IMG/VR virus record: IMGVR_UViG_3300046501_000082
Span: 28,875 to 92,874 of that record
Strand: one strand, 5' to 3'
Length of the DNA: 64,000 bases
DNA from: a virus
Shown here piece by piece: positions 31,932 to 42,602 of the stretch (position 1 is the stretch's first letter; the number at the start of each line of letters is the position of its first letter). The translations under genes were made by a program, and so were the position numbers. The notes below the pieces were generated by a model, which was not told where the DNA came from, did no database searches, and saw only the letters and a program-made list of their open reading frames with translations.

Positions 31932-32120
31932 ATGACTGAACAACTGACAGCAAACGAAAAAGCATACGACCTTGGCTATAATGACTACATTCAAGGTAAT
32001 CTTAAGATTGACTATTCAGATTGGTGTACAGAAGGCCGGGAAGGCAGTCACTCAGCATACAAAGCCGGTTATGAAGACGCTGAAAATGATGTGCCAGATA
32101 GCCACTTAGAAACTGAATAA
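31932..32120 (+). CDS. RMF-like small early protein (tentative)
   Basis: AYDLGYNDY..G...AYKAGYEDA two-helix pattern. Confidence 0.45.
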   Translation: MTEQLTANEKAYDLGYNDYIQGNLKIDYSDWCTEGREGSHSAYKAGYEDAENDVPDSHLETE

Positions 32121-32722
32121 CCTTACAGAATTCTCTTGACTCCCTGAGAGAATTCCAATAAGATTGTTTTAAGACAAAGCGGCAGCTTACTCCAAACAGA
32201 ACACACAAGGAATACAGACATGAACAAGGCAATCGGATACGACGTAATAGACAAGCAAACTGGTAAAGTGATCAAGTCTTACGGTGAAGGTAAGCGCGCA
32301 TTGGCTAGCCGATTTGCTGACAAGAAAGACCTTGCACACGGTGCTATTCGTTACCTTGTGAAACCTATTTGGAGTTGATATGGAAATCAAGCGAAGTGAG
32401 CGTGGAGTCTACCTAATTTACTCTATAAAAGGTATTAGTAAACGTACACCTAGCTTCAGATTTCTTAAAGAGGCTCTGGTTTGGTGTAAAGACAATAATA
32501 TTGAACTTTGGAGAAGATTATGACTTACGGAAAATGGATTAGTGCTTGGCATTCATATCGCTGCTCAAATGAACGATTTGGTCAAGCATTTTGCAATGAC
32601 TTTATCAGAGAGTCATGGCCTGAACTTTACTATGAAGAGGATGTAGACGTAGCTGACGCTCTTATTCAAGAGTGGTTACTTCGACACCACTATAATGCCG
32701 ATATGGTGCCGGAGAAGATCTC

Positions 32723-32929
32723 ATGAGCAGCCAATTAATGTGCAAGTGTCCCACATGTAAAAAGAATACAATCGGCATCAAGACAGGTATGTCGGCTATG
32801 GGCTGGTTTGCTCATTTGGTGATGGTGTTCTTGACCGGGTTTTTATGGTTAGTGGTGCTGGTGCCGTGTGCTTTGTTTATTAGCACTGTGAGGTGTAGTG
32901 TCTGTGGGCATGTGGCTAATCGCTTGTAG
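32723..32929 (+). CDS. LITAF-like Zn-ribbon membrane protein
   Basis: CPTC...hydrophobic hairpin...CSVC. Confidence 0.55.
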   Translation: MSSQLMCKCPTCKKNTIGIKTGMSAMGWFAHLVMVFLTGFLWLVVLVPCALFISTVRCSVCGHVANRL

Positions 32930-32986
32930 TAGTTAAGATGTAAAACCCTTGGCAATAATGCCTAACATAAAATTGGAGTAGAGACA

Positions 32987-33274
32987 ATGGAAGACAAGAT
33001 TGGTATTATTTATAGTCCGGGATTCGGGGCTGGTTGGTCTACATGGGGAGAACCTGAGCAAGCGTTAGATCAAGAACTTGCACACGCAATTGAGAACCTA
33101 CCCCGAGAAGAGTGGATTAAAATTGCTGAAAAGAACTGGCCTGATGCCTACAAAGGGGGTCTATCAGATCGTGAAGTTGAATGGGTTGAAAAGGGCACAG
33201 CTTTCAGTATTAGTGATTATGACGGGAGTGAATCAATTGAGTTTGGTAGTCGTAAGACTTGGAGCTACACATAA
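32987..33274 (+). CDS. Conserved phage hypothetical protein
   Basis: YSPGFGAGWSTW motif; strong SD. Confidence 0.65.
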   Translation: MEDKIGIIYSPGFGAGWSTWGEPEQALDQELAHAIENLPREEWIKIAEKNWPDAYKGGLSDREVEWVEKGTAFSISDYDGSESIEFGSRKTWSYT

Positions 33275-33367
33275 ACCTAATAAATATCCTAAAGAGCCCT
33301 TGCGGCTCTTTTTGTTTGCCTGTAGAATAGCTTCAACGAAACAGAAAAAGCTTTAGAGGGTACAGAC

Positions 33368-34084
33368 ATGTGGACTAGTAAGGGTAGATCAGGATACGGT
33401 GATAGCACTCTTCAAGGTGACTATGATGACTGGCAGGGTTTGAGCCGTAACGGTAGGCAGTGGAAGTCAGAAGCAACGCACCTCCCATTTAACCTTCAAG
33501 GCGCTGACTACTGGCATCTTCGTAAGCAGATTCGTCCTACTGAAGAGATTCCAAAAGAGATGCATGCTGTTAATGACACTGTGAATCTAAATCACTGTCT
33601 GCCAAATGGTAAGGCAAATTTACTTGCCTACGCAGACAAAGCTGCACCTACCAAGAAATCTTCTCTAAGCATCGAAGATAAAATCTTACCACAGGCTGCA
33701 AGAGTACGTCGTCTGACAGAACAGCTTATAGAGCTTGAACAGGCCAAGAAAGCTGGTATGGATCTTGGTAAGTATTCAAAGCTTCGTGACATCTTGATCG
33801 TAAAGAGGAATCGCGCTGAAGTGTTGCTACAAAAAGCATTGTCAGTCAAACTTGATACAACAGACGAAGACACACAAGAATTCTCGACAGAAAGCTATGA
33901 AGACAACGTAGAAAATGATAGTGCGAGTGATGACAGCTGTGAAGACTACCCTGTGTGGCTGTTGAACACAAACCCCTCCAACTGTCTGAGAAATCCACTA
34001 ATAAAAGCTTGCAAGGTGGGTAAGATATTGGTAAGATGGCACCAGAAAGCAAGAAACTACATTAACGAATTGAAGGCACTTTGA
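33368..34084 (+). CDS. Hypothetical protein
   Basis: 238-aa ORF behind its own promoter. Confidence 0.65.
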   Translation: MWTSKGRSGYGDSTLQGDYDDWQGLSRNGRQWKSEATHLPFNLQGADYWHLRKQIRPTEEIPKEMHAVNDTVNLNHCLPNGKANLLAYADKAAPTKKSSLSIEDKILPQAARVRRLTEQLIELEQAKKAGMDLGKYSKLRDILIVKRNRAEVLLQKALSVKLDTTDEDTQEFSTESYEDNVENDSASDDSCEDYPVWLLNTNPSNCLRNPLIKACKVGKILVRWHQKARNYINELKAL

Positions 34085-35571
34085 AAATGAAATACTCAGT
34101 AATGCAACTCCCATGCTCTATACAACCTGATCACAAATTGTGGTGCATTGTCGGTGAGTCAAAGAGTTGGGGTAGTGGTGTTTTGGCATGGTGCTATGAT
34201 GAAGAACATGCTGTTTATTGGTATGAGCAGATGAAGGATGATCCAGAGTTTACTAAAATTTCCTATGAAAAGTTTATTTTATGAGGAATCTAAAATGAAT
34301 CACACAAACCACAACACATTCACAGCAGCAATAGCTACAATTGAAGAATTGTATGCAGATGGCTTTACAAGTTTCAAGCTGTACAGGCAGGATATGCAGT
34401 GGTATGTTACAGGGAGTAAAGTGTGATGAAACGAATCGGGAGTAGAAATTATGGTTTGGAAGATTACACCGTATAACGGGACTTGGATAAAATCCATGGA
34501 TCCAGATGTCAGAAGGGCAGTGGATTATTTTTTAGAAGAGACAGGGCTATCACTAGAAGACATAAAGCTAATTGAAAGATCATAAGGACTTGGCCACAAA
34601 TAAATCGAAATTATTGTAAATAAGTCTTGTATGTCCGCCGAGATAAGGTAGAGTGGGTACAAGAACAGAGAAAAGCTCTCTGTCAACCAAAGAGAATATA
34701 GATATGACTACCCAACTGACCCGCGAAGAGAAAGATGCAATTCAAGCTGAAGGCTACGCAATGGCCTGCGAAGACTTGAAAAATATGTCTGTTAAGGAAT
34801 GCATCGCCAAGATTGACTCCAAGTGGCCTACAAGTGAGTTCCATGGCTACACACCTTTCAATTTCAATATGATGCTTGGTTATGCTACTCGTATAAAGGA
34901 ACAAACCAAATGAACACTAACACACAAGATACAGGCTTCTTCGAATCCCACACATTCCAACAATTCAGCAAGACAAAGCGTAACGCACAAGCTCAAGCTT
35001 CCTATACAGAAGGAAAAGATGTATACAAGAAGAGTTTGCGAGAAATGAGGAATGGGAATAAGCGTAGAGAGTGGGAGGTTGAATGACAGACTTAAGTGAA
35101 AGAGGTTTTAGGTTCATGATCAGTCCAGACAAGGTTCGTGCTCGCTGGTGCCATCCTGTAGAGATTCCTCATTTCTACGCTGACTGGGCGTGACGAATGT
35201 CACCTATCATACAGACACACCAGAAAAAGAATTTATAGAATTTCTTGAGAAAGATGTTGACGACTCTTCTGAATGTCTTTAGAATAACCTCATAGACAAG
35301 CAAACAGCTAGTCACCAAATAGAGACTTCAGTCATGACCGCTCAATACACAGCAATGTCTTTCATGAACTCCGCAGCTTTCGTACAGATTGCCTTAGAAG
35401 ATGCTTTGAAGCTTGTGGCAAAGACTAATGGTCAGACGTATGAGCTAGCTTGTGAAGCATTCCAATTGGAAGTGCCTAATGTTGTTAATCAAGTGGCTAA
35501 GCTTGTAGCTAAAGCTGCTCAGGTTTGTGCTGATGAGGCTAACAAAGGTGGTTTCTGGAAAGTTTAACAAT

Positions 35572-35600
35572 AGGCGCCTTCGGGCGCTTTCTTCTTTATT
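35572..35600 (+). terminator. Rho-independent terminator
   Basis: GGCGCC-TTCG-GGCGCT-TTCTTCTTT. Confidence 0.8.
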
Positions 35601-35875
35601 GTGTTAGGATTAGAGCATGAAAAACGTATATGAATATTGGACAACATTCCTAATTGATGGTGAGATGGAAGATTATTCTATTGAGCTTAAAGTTATATCA
35701 TTCTCAGGAGCTAAAGGAAATTCTAGGGCAGATAATCCAGACGATTATTATGGTTATGTTGATATCGAGTGGGAGGCTTTGCAAGACATCTCATTTATGA
35801 CAGAGAGTCAAATCCAAGAGATGGAAGAGTGGCTTGTTAATGAGCATATGGAATATCTGAAAGATGAGGCTTATT

Positions 35876-36034
35876 ATGATTGAGACAGTGGAACAAGCGA
35901 CCACATGGTATTGGCAAGGATTTGATGCCTTCTCTAAGATGGATGTTCCTATATGCCCCTATGCGGATGGAGATGCTAAGCGCCAATGGTGGCTTGGGTA
36001 TGACGATGCGGAGGTGGAACATGCCCAGCTTTGA
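35876..36034 (+). CDS. Ribosome modulation factor (RMF)-like peptide, not in ORF track
   Basis: MIETVEQATTWYWQGFDAFSKMDVPICPYADGDAKRQWWLGYDDAEVEHAQL aligns by eye with RMF GYQAG...CPY...RSQWLGGWREA. Confidence 0.6.
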   Translation: MIETVEQATTWYWQGFDAFSKMDVPICPYADGDAKRQWWLGYDDAEVEHAQL

Positions 36035-36314
36035 TGAGCTTTACGAGTTCTTAAAATCATACTATCTTCACTCAAGATTTGAGGGGAGAAATGGTGCTGG
36101 CTGGGATGATGATTATTCACAGATTGTCACTAAAAGTGCATACGAGTATCTAGAGTTGCACGGTATTGGCTGGATATCTATGTATGAAAGCCGAACAGCT
36201 ACAGCTATTAAATATAATCAAGAACTAGAAATACTAAATCCTGATGAGGCTCCGGGGCAGATACAAAAGAAAGCTGGAAGGTTGACATCGATCTTAGGTA
36301 GCAGCGCATGGTAA
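36021..36314 (+). CDS. Hypothetical protein (true start likely MPSFDELY)
   Basis: SD GGAGGT before ATG 36021. Confidence 0.6.
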   Translation: MPSFDELYEFLKSYYLHSRFEGRNGAGWDDDYSQIVTKSAYEYLELHGIGWISMYESRTATAIKYNQELEILNPDEAPGQIQKKAGRLTSILGSSAW

Positions 36315-37228
36315 ATTTGTGAAACTAATCTGAAACATCGCTTGCATAGGGTGTTTTCTTTATGTTATCCTGTCTCTACGGCCACTGTGGGTGCTATTCG
36401 GGGTTAGATAAAATCTATGGCAGGTCTACCTTTAATAGAAATCTTTGTGTGTACATCACTGGTGGATATAGATAAACTGATCCCATCAGAACGAAACACA
36501 CAAGGAATACAAACATGACTTTTAAAGAATACGCTTACAGCTTCCTAGCTACTATCTTGATCATCCCTGCTATCGTCTACCCTATCCTTTGCTTCATGGA
36601 ATATGTCGCTCGAATCTGTGTAAACTCTTAAAATAAACTGTTGACAGGGGTTAGAGATAACCCCATAATACGTACACACAAGCAAACAACCTTCTAGGAG
36701 AAACACCATGACAATCGCCAACGAAATCAAAGCAATCAATGTCTCTGCAAAGAAAATCCACGGGGCTGATATCTCCCTGATGGTTGCACGGGCTATTCAC
36801 TTTGGTCATGATGATAATCTTGTAATCATCAGTGGTAAGAACCACAAGGCAGCTGCTAAAGACTTTGCAAAAGTGATTGCTAACGCAACGCTTACAGAAG
36901 AGTTCCACCCTGAGATGGATTGGGGTGATGGTGAAGTGAGTCCAGCCTACACAACTACTTTGGTAAAATTCTAAAATAGTTGTTGACTGAGTGATGAAAG
37001 TCCCTCATAATCACCCCATCGAAACGACAAACCTTCTAGGAGCAACAACTATGAACTTCCAAGCCAACCAAGCAATCACACTGATCAAGACCAACATCAT
37101 CAATGACAAGAAGCTTATTGGCAAGAAAGGTGTTGTAGACTTCCAGTGTAAAGACGGTATGGTGTGGGTGAAGCTTGGCCGGAGCAGTCGGTGTGTACCA
37201 CCAGAATTTATCCAAGCAATCTAAAACA

Positions 37229-37253
37229 GAGGCCCTACGGGGCTTTTCTTTTA
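37229..37253 (+). terminator. Rho-independent terminator (possibly bidirectional)
   Basis: AGGCCC-TACG-GGGCTT-TTCTTTT. Confidence 0.75.
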
Positions 37254-38209
37254 TCTGAAATTTACTGAAAATAGCCTATTGACATGTACTTGACTCCATC
37301 AACGACTTGAAGCGATAATATAGTATCGTCTTGCCCAAACACACAATATTAAATCTTAGGCACTCTCCCTTCTCAGGAGTGGCCCAGTGAGACTATTATG
37401 GCAAAGGTGGACAGGTAGGTCAACACATAATCTCACTTATTTTAATAAAAATACCCCTTTACATCCCCAAGCGCTCAAGGCATAATCTCTACATTGAACC
37501 CAACCAAAGAGACTGCCCGGAGGGCAATACACATGAAATCTCTCATCTCTTTCTGTAAGCAATGCATCTCCTATTACAAATCCTTGACAGATAGTCAGAA
37601 GATGTATACAGACTTGGGGATTTGTGTTGCAAGCTTTGTTGTGATATGTGTTTTGTGGAGTATCAGCTGACGCTGCATCCTAACGGACAGCTAAAGCTGT
37701 GTCGTAAACGACTAGCTGAAAATAGTTGTTGACAGGGGTAGGTAGAATTGAGAGAATAGCTCATCGAAACAGCAAACCTAAAGAGTAAACACCATGAAAA
37801 CCAAATCCTACAAAGAACCTAAAGCTTTGATCGAAGCTCGTGCTCTGGTTAATACCTTACCTTTTGGTACAGAAGCTTGGGAAGCTGCGATGGCAAATGT
37901 TCGTAATCTTGTACAGGCTGAAACTGATGCTGATCAAGCTCTTCTCAATCATCGTTGCAAGTTTGATAGGGATTGATTATGAGTGTTCTAGTTCATTATC
38001 CTAGAGATGGCATCACCTACATGAAAGGTCATTGTGGAGCACACTCTGTAAGCTCATGTAAGATACTTAATATGATTACATGTCCTGTGTGTATCAAGAT
38101 GATTAAAGAATTTAATCTTAAGACTGAATAATCCTTGCACACTCCTTTCAGTCTGTTATAATTCTCTCACACCAAAGCGAAAGCTTAAACCAGAACAGAG
38201 GATATAGAG

Positions 38210-38482
38210 ATGAACTATCAAGAAGCTAAAGTCTACAAAGCCAATCTTGAAGCTATCAATGATGCAGATAGCGATGCCTTGCAAGCTTTCGATTCCCTTG
38301 GTAAATCTTCTATGGGTATGACCCCTGAGCATGTCAAAGCTATGCCTGAGTATCAAGCTGCAAAGCTTGCTTATGACGTATCATTCAACAACCTTCGCAG
38401 CTTCAATGGTCAGTTTATGAAAGTGTTCAAGAAGGAAGTACAGGCAGACCGCAGAGCTAAGTATGCAGCAATGACAAAGTAA
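38210..38482 (+). CDS. Conserved phage early hypothetical protein
   Basis: GMTPEHVK..PEY motif; own promoter and terminator. Confidence 0.65.
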   Translation: MNYQEAKVYKANLEAINDADSDALQAFDSLGKSSMGMTPEHVKAMPEYQAAKLAYDVSFNNLRSFNGQFMKVFKKEVQADRRAKYAAMTK

Positions 38483-39089
38483 AAGCTGACAATAACATTC
38501 TAGGGCGCATATCCGCCCTTTGTCTTGCCTGAAATAAATGTAAAATAAGATGAAATAGTGCTTTACAGGGGATAGGGATTATCTTAGAATAGAGCCATCA
38601 GAAGGCAAGAACCTTACAGGAGAGGCACCATGAAAACCAAACAAATTGAAATCGGCACCAAGATTAAGTTCTCCACTCAGAAAGGTTTCCGTGAAGGTGT
38701 TGTATGTGGTCGTAACTGGTTCTACAATGAGTTGGTTAGCTACATTGTTCGTTATGATGGTATGGATGTTCCTGTCTGTGCTAAGTCCTTTAAAAGTCAA
38801 CTGATTGGGTAATAAACATGTTTAGAGTTGCAGGCTTCCCTACTAGAGTCTATAGAAGCTTAGCTAGTAGGGATAAGCAAAGAGAGTTATTTGATAAGAT
38901 TCCTAAGCCTTATCTCGACTTAAATATATCTTCCTATGCCGTCCATGTGTGGCATTGTTGGTTTGAGTCGGATAAGTTGAATCTGTTCCTACACACAACA
39001 GGAGATACTCAAGAAGAAGCTGAAACATTAATGTTTCTTTTTACTGATAAAATTGAAAAAGCTAAACAATCATTTATGGAGAGTAAGTC

Positions 39090-39209
39090 ATGAACGACTA
39101 TCAAAAAGGCTATAATGCACGTCAAGATGGAGAAGAGGTTAATTTCAGTAGGTCTTCTGACTGGTTGTGTGGCTGGTATGCAGCAGAGGCTGACATGAGC
39201 AAACAATAA
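39090..39209 (+). CDS. RMF-like peptide, not in ORF track
   Basis: MNDYQKGYNARQDGEEVNFSRSSDWLCGWYAAEADMSKQ; SD GGAG; ATGA coupling. Confidence 0.55.
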   Translation: MNDYQKGYNARQDGEEVNFSRSSDWLCGWYAAEADMSKQ

Positions 39210-39509
39210 AATAATTTGATAAATCCTTCAAAGAGCGCTTGACGCTCTTTTCTTTTGTCTATAAAATAAACACATCAAGACAACAAACACCTAGAGGAAG
39301 AAGATCATGGAAATCATCAAATCTTACAAAATCACTAAATTCTGCCAGTACACAGAGGTGGAAGCTGTTGGTGACTGTGAAGGTCTGACTTATGATGCTC
39401 TTCCTGCCTACATGTCTAAAGAGGGGAACATCTGCACCACTCACACTTGGTTGGATGACAACACAGGTGAAGGTTGGGAAGTCAGAAAGTATAAAGCGAA
39501 AGGTTAACC

Positions 39510-40460
39510 CTAGCAGGAAATTATTCTAGCACCGCATTGTGGGGCTTAGTCTATTAACACTATTAATAAATACCCTCTCTACTATACTTTCTGTTGATAG
39601 TGCAAATCCCTTCCAAACCCTTTATCTGTATAGTATTAATGACTACAGTGATAGAGTCTTTTTGACTGCTTTCTAGTGTCTATCAGTGTCGGAGAGATTG
39701 ACCGGTAGGTTAAGCTCGATACACATTCCCTCCTATAACCACCCTCATCCCAGCATCACACTCCCACTTATCTGTCAACAATTATCTAATCCAATAGCTT
39801 TATATCATCACAATGTATTAAACGATAGTTTTTGTCTAAGAGATGTCAGTCGACTTGCACAGGACATACAATGTGCTAAGACACACAGACTACAGGGTAC
39901 AGTCAAGTCTTATCTTCCCATTGTCCATTAACTATGCCTATCGGGTAACATTTAACGGAAAACCAGTTCAACGAACAGTTACATTATGACTCAGTTAGTT
40001 ATGAGTGATATCTATCGATCAGTGAGTTGGTATAGGATATGCATGGAATAGTCTTAGGTGATTGGTCTAGACTGATTGATAGAGTATAGAAGTAATCTAT
40101 CATATTTGAACGGTTTATAGAGATTGTCTATGGTGGGTAGCTAGAGCATTAAGCACCTCAGCAAGATATCCAGTAATTTTGAAAGTATGAACCCTTATAA
40201 ATAAAGGCTTTCAAGGATATTTGCACACAGAAAAGTAAAGAGTCACTAATACAAGCTGACTCCCAAAATAGAAAAATGGTTGATATTTACAACTAGAAGA
40301 ACCCTTAAAGATGAAGAATAGAAGTAAGAGATAAATAAGAAAAGAGTGCTTTTTGCTCTTACTTAAAACATATTTCTATACCTACTTCCTTTAGGGCAAC
40401 ACCTCTGTAAGCCACGTAGTACAAGGGCTGAGGTGTAATTTTAGTACTTTTAAACAGAAA
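39510..40460. other. ~950-nt non-coding convergence region; candidate replication origin or genome-end region
   Basis: No credible ORF; 8 GATAG/CTATC pentamers; A-rich tract; two copies of the GCC-N11-GG motif. Confidence 0.5.
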
Positions 40461-40466
40461 TAAATA

Positions 40467-41774
40467 CTAAGTCATATTTCCACCCATCCAATCTTGGAGC
40501 AAGCCTCTCATACGACTACTGGGAATATATAGGTTTATAGGTTCATCTTTCCTAACCCTACTCCTGTAGATCCATTGTATAAGCTCACTCAAAGGATACC
40601 TATTCTGATCTGGTGCAAACTCAACACCTCTGTCTAACAAATATTTGTATGGTTCAGGATGTATGTAAGAGTTATAGATATAGGCTAACTGACTTGTTTC
40701 CATGTAGTCGTTCACAGCTTTAGTATTGTGAGCAATATGACACTTAGTATATCCAGCACCTTTGAATGTACTAAAGGCTTCTCCTAAACAAGTCCATAGC
40801 CTGTCTTCTGTGTTTGACTTGCCATAGGTACTGTTTCTAAAGTAGTTACCAAGGTTAGCCTTCACTGTAACAGCCGTAGCGCTATCTTTCGCATACCTCT
40901 TCTGGTCACTTACTGAGAAAGCAGTTTCTCGATCACCAATACGATTCATCTTTGGATTGTCAATGATGTTAATCAAATCAAAGATGTTAGATTGCATTTG
41001 AATACCTAACTTTGTTTCGTGCTGAATACCGTAGAAGTCTAGATATTTCTCAAACATAGACCCTTTGAACAAGTAGGTTAATACTTCAACCTTGTCGAAT
41101 GCTTTGATAAATTCAATAGGATATTCCCACATGAACAAGTCACGATTACCTTTCTCATCTGCAATGAGTACAAGACTGCCATTGTCACATAGAGCTTTGA
41201 TTTGCATATCCCAGCTAAAGCCAGAGCTATCTAGGTCTTTGATATCATCAATTGGATAATCTTCATTCCAACGCAAAAGCCCTAACTCATCCTCGTAGAT
41301 AACATTAGAGCCTAGTAACATCTTACGTCTGTGCATCTTACAAGGGTGTGGTCTAATACATTCAAGCTCCTCATCAATTACAAGAGTGTAGCCAGCGTCT
41401 TTTACATCCTTCACTGTTTCAGGTGTGAAGAGCTTAAGTGCAGCATGTGTTGTTACAATATCACGTCCCTCATGTACAAGCTTTGCAATGTGTTCAACCT
41501 TTGTCTTGTAACCAGAGATAGGGTGTTCAAACCTACGTCCAGATGCACTACAGCCTTCTCCTGTGTATATTATATTTCCATGATCATCTTTGCTGGGTAG
41601 TTGTTTATCTGCACTGTCTTTATCAATCACTGTGCCAGCATATCTGTGACACTCAGCCAAGAAAGGAGTAACAACAATAAATCTCCGATCTTTGTCAGAG
41701 TTATTAATCTTATCAATCATTCTCCATGATTTACCCGTTCCGGGAAGTTCATCGTACACAATTACTTTAGTCAT
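40467..41774 (-). CDS. P-loop SF2/DEAD-like helicase-related protein (possible origin-binding protein)
   Basis: PGTGKS Walker A, IVTTHA, LVIDEE Walker B, SELIQWIYRSRVR motif VI-like. Confidence 0.7.
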   Translation of the reverse strand: MTKVIVYDELPGTGKSWRMIDKINNSDKDRRFIVVTPFLAECHRYAGTVIDKDSADKQLPSKDDHGNIIYTGEGCSASGRRFEHPISGYKTKVEHIAKLVHEGRDIVTTHAALKLFTPETVKDVKDAGYTLVIDEELECIRPHPCKMHRRKMLLGSNVIYEDELGLLRWNEDYPIDDIKDLDSSGFSWDMQIKALCDNGSLVLIADEKGNRDLFMWEYPIEFIKAFDKVEVLTYLFKGSMFEKYLDFYGIQHETKLGIQMQSNIFDLINIIDNPKMNRIGDRETAFSVSDQKRYAKDSATAVTVKANLGNYFRNSTYGKSNTEDRLWTCLGEAFSTFKGAGYTKCHIAHNTKAVNDYMETSQLAYIYNSYIHPEPYKYLLDRGVEFAPDQNRYPLSELIQWIYRSRVRKDEPINLYIPSSRMRGLLQDWMGGNMT

Positions 41775-42053
41775 AATTTAGTTTACTACCCTCCTGTCGT
41801 TTACCATAATAGTATGCTTCCTCTGTTCGTTGCATAAAGATTCTGTCTAGCTCATCTGGATAGTACTGTTTCACATGCTCTGCTTTCCAACCGGTGATCT
41901 TCTCAGCCAAACGCTTCTCTGTCTCATTCATGTGTACAGTTCCTTTTTGAAACTCCCACTCAGCTCTGTAAGAGCAATGAATCGAATGCCATTTAGGTTC
42001 AGCACGGTCTATGCCACAGTTACACCACATAGATTGAATTAGTTCTTCAGTTG

Positions 42054-42602
42054 TCACAGATCCAACTCCTTAGCCATACCATAAACCATTGTCTTCACTT
42101 CCTCAGCACTAGACTGCACATCCGTACCATCTACTAATCGCATCAAGAACCCTTTAGGGTATGTAGCCTCTGTCTCAAGCCCTAAAGCAACACCAGCAAC
42201 CAACCCTGCCATATCCATTCCTGTCTGACCTCCACTTACAACCTTTGTAATAGGCCAGTGTGTATTTACAAGCTTTAATATATCATACACATACTGGTTA
42301 GCTTCTTTCTGTGTCACACCTTTCTTTTGTAAAGTGTAGATACTATTACCTGCGATGTTCACAGTGTGACAGTCATATTTCTTAAGCATCGAATATAACT
42401 TACGTGCGGGTATGGCTTCATCCCAGAAGATGATATTGAATTCTTGCTGTACAATCTTACCCTTTGCGGCCTTGTGCGTAAGACGTTCTCCTGCTGTGTT
42501 GAAGTCTACAGCAATAGCCAGCGTACACCCCTGAGCTGCATTGTGGTATGTGCGAGGTGCATAGCTTTGACTCTTGTGTTCATTTACAGTTAGAGTATTC
42601 AT
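42054..42602 (-). CDS. SLOG-superfamily (MoCo_carrier/cpYpsA-like) protein, permuted
   Basis: YAPRT..N, VNIAG, VVSGGQTGMD. Confidence 0.7.
   Translation of the reverse strand: MNTLTVNEHKSQSYAPRTYHNAAQGCTLAIAVDFNTAGERLTHKAAKGKIVQQEFNIIFWDEAIPARKLYSMLKKYDCHTVNIAGNSIYTLQKKGVTQKEANQYVYDILKLVNTHWPITKVVSGGQTGMDMAGLVAGVALGLETEATYPKGFLMRLVDGTDVQSSAEEVKTMVYGMAKELDL

Larger units (their letters stand above)
31019..39267 (+). promoter_or_regulatory. Array of near-consensus sigma70 early promoters, each preceding 1-4 small ORFs
   Basis: -35/17 nt/-10 at 31019 (TTGACA/TAGTAT), 31855 (TTGACT/TAGAAT), 32136 (TTGACT/TAAGAT), 33300 (TTGCGG/TAGAAT), 35257 (TTGACG/TAGAAT), 36641 (TTGACA/CATAAT), 36983 (TTGACT/CATAAT), 37458 (TTTACA/CATAAT), 37729 (TTGACA/GAGAAT), 38562 (TTTACA/TAGAAT), 39239 (TTGACG/TAAAAT). 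Confidence 0.85.

Noticed and set aside
35880-36020. N-terminal part of the 144-aa ORF in the track
   Set aside because: Better explained by the overlapping RMF-like ORF in another frame plus an SD-led start at 36021
30700-39300. Early-region repeats as a CRISPR array
   Set aside because: Repeats are short, occur only in pairs, are irregularly spaced and coincide with RBS leaders; no cas genes
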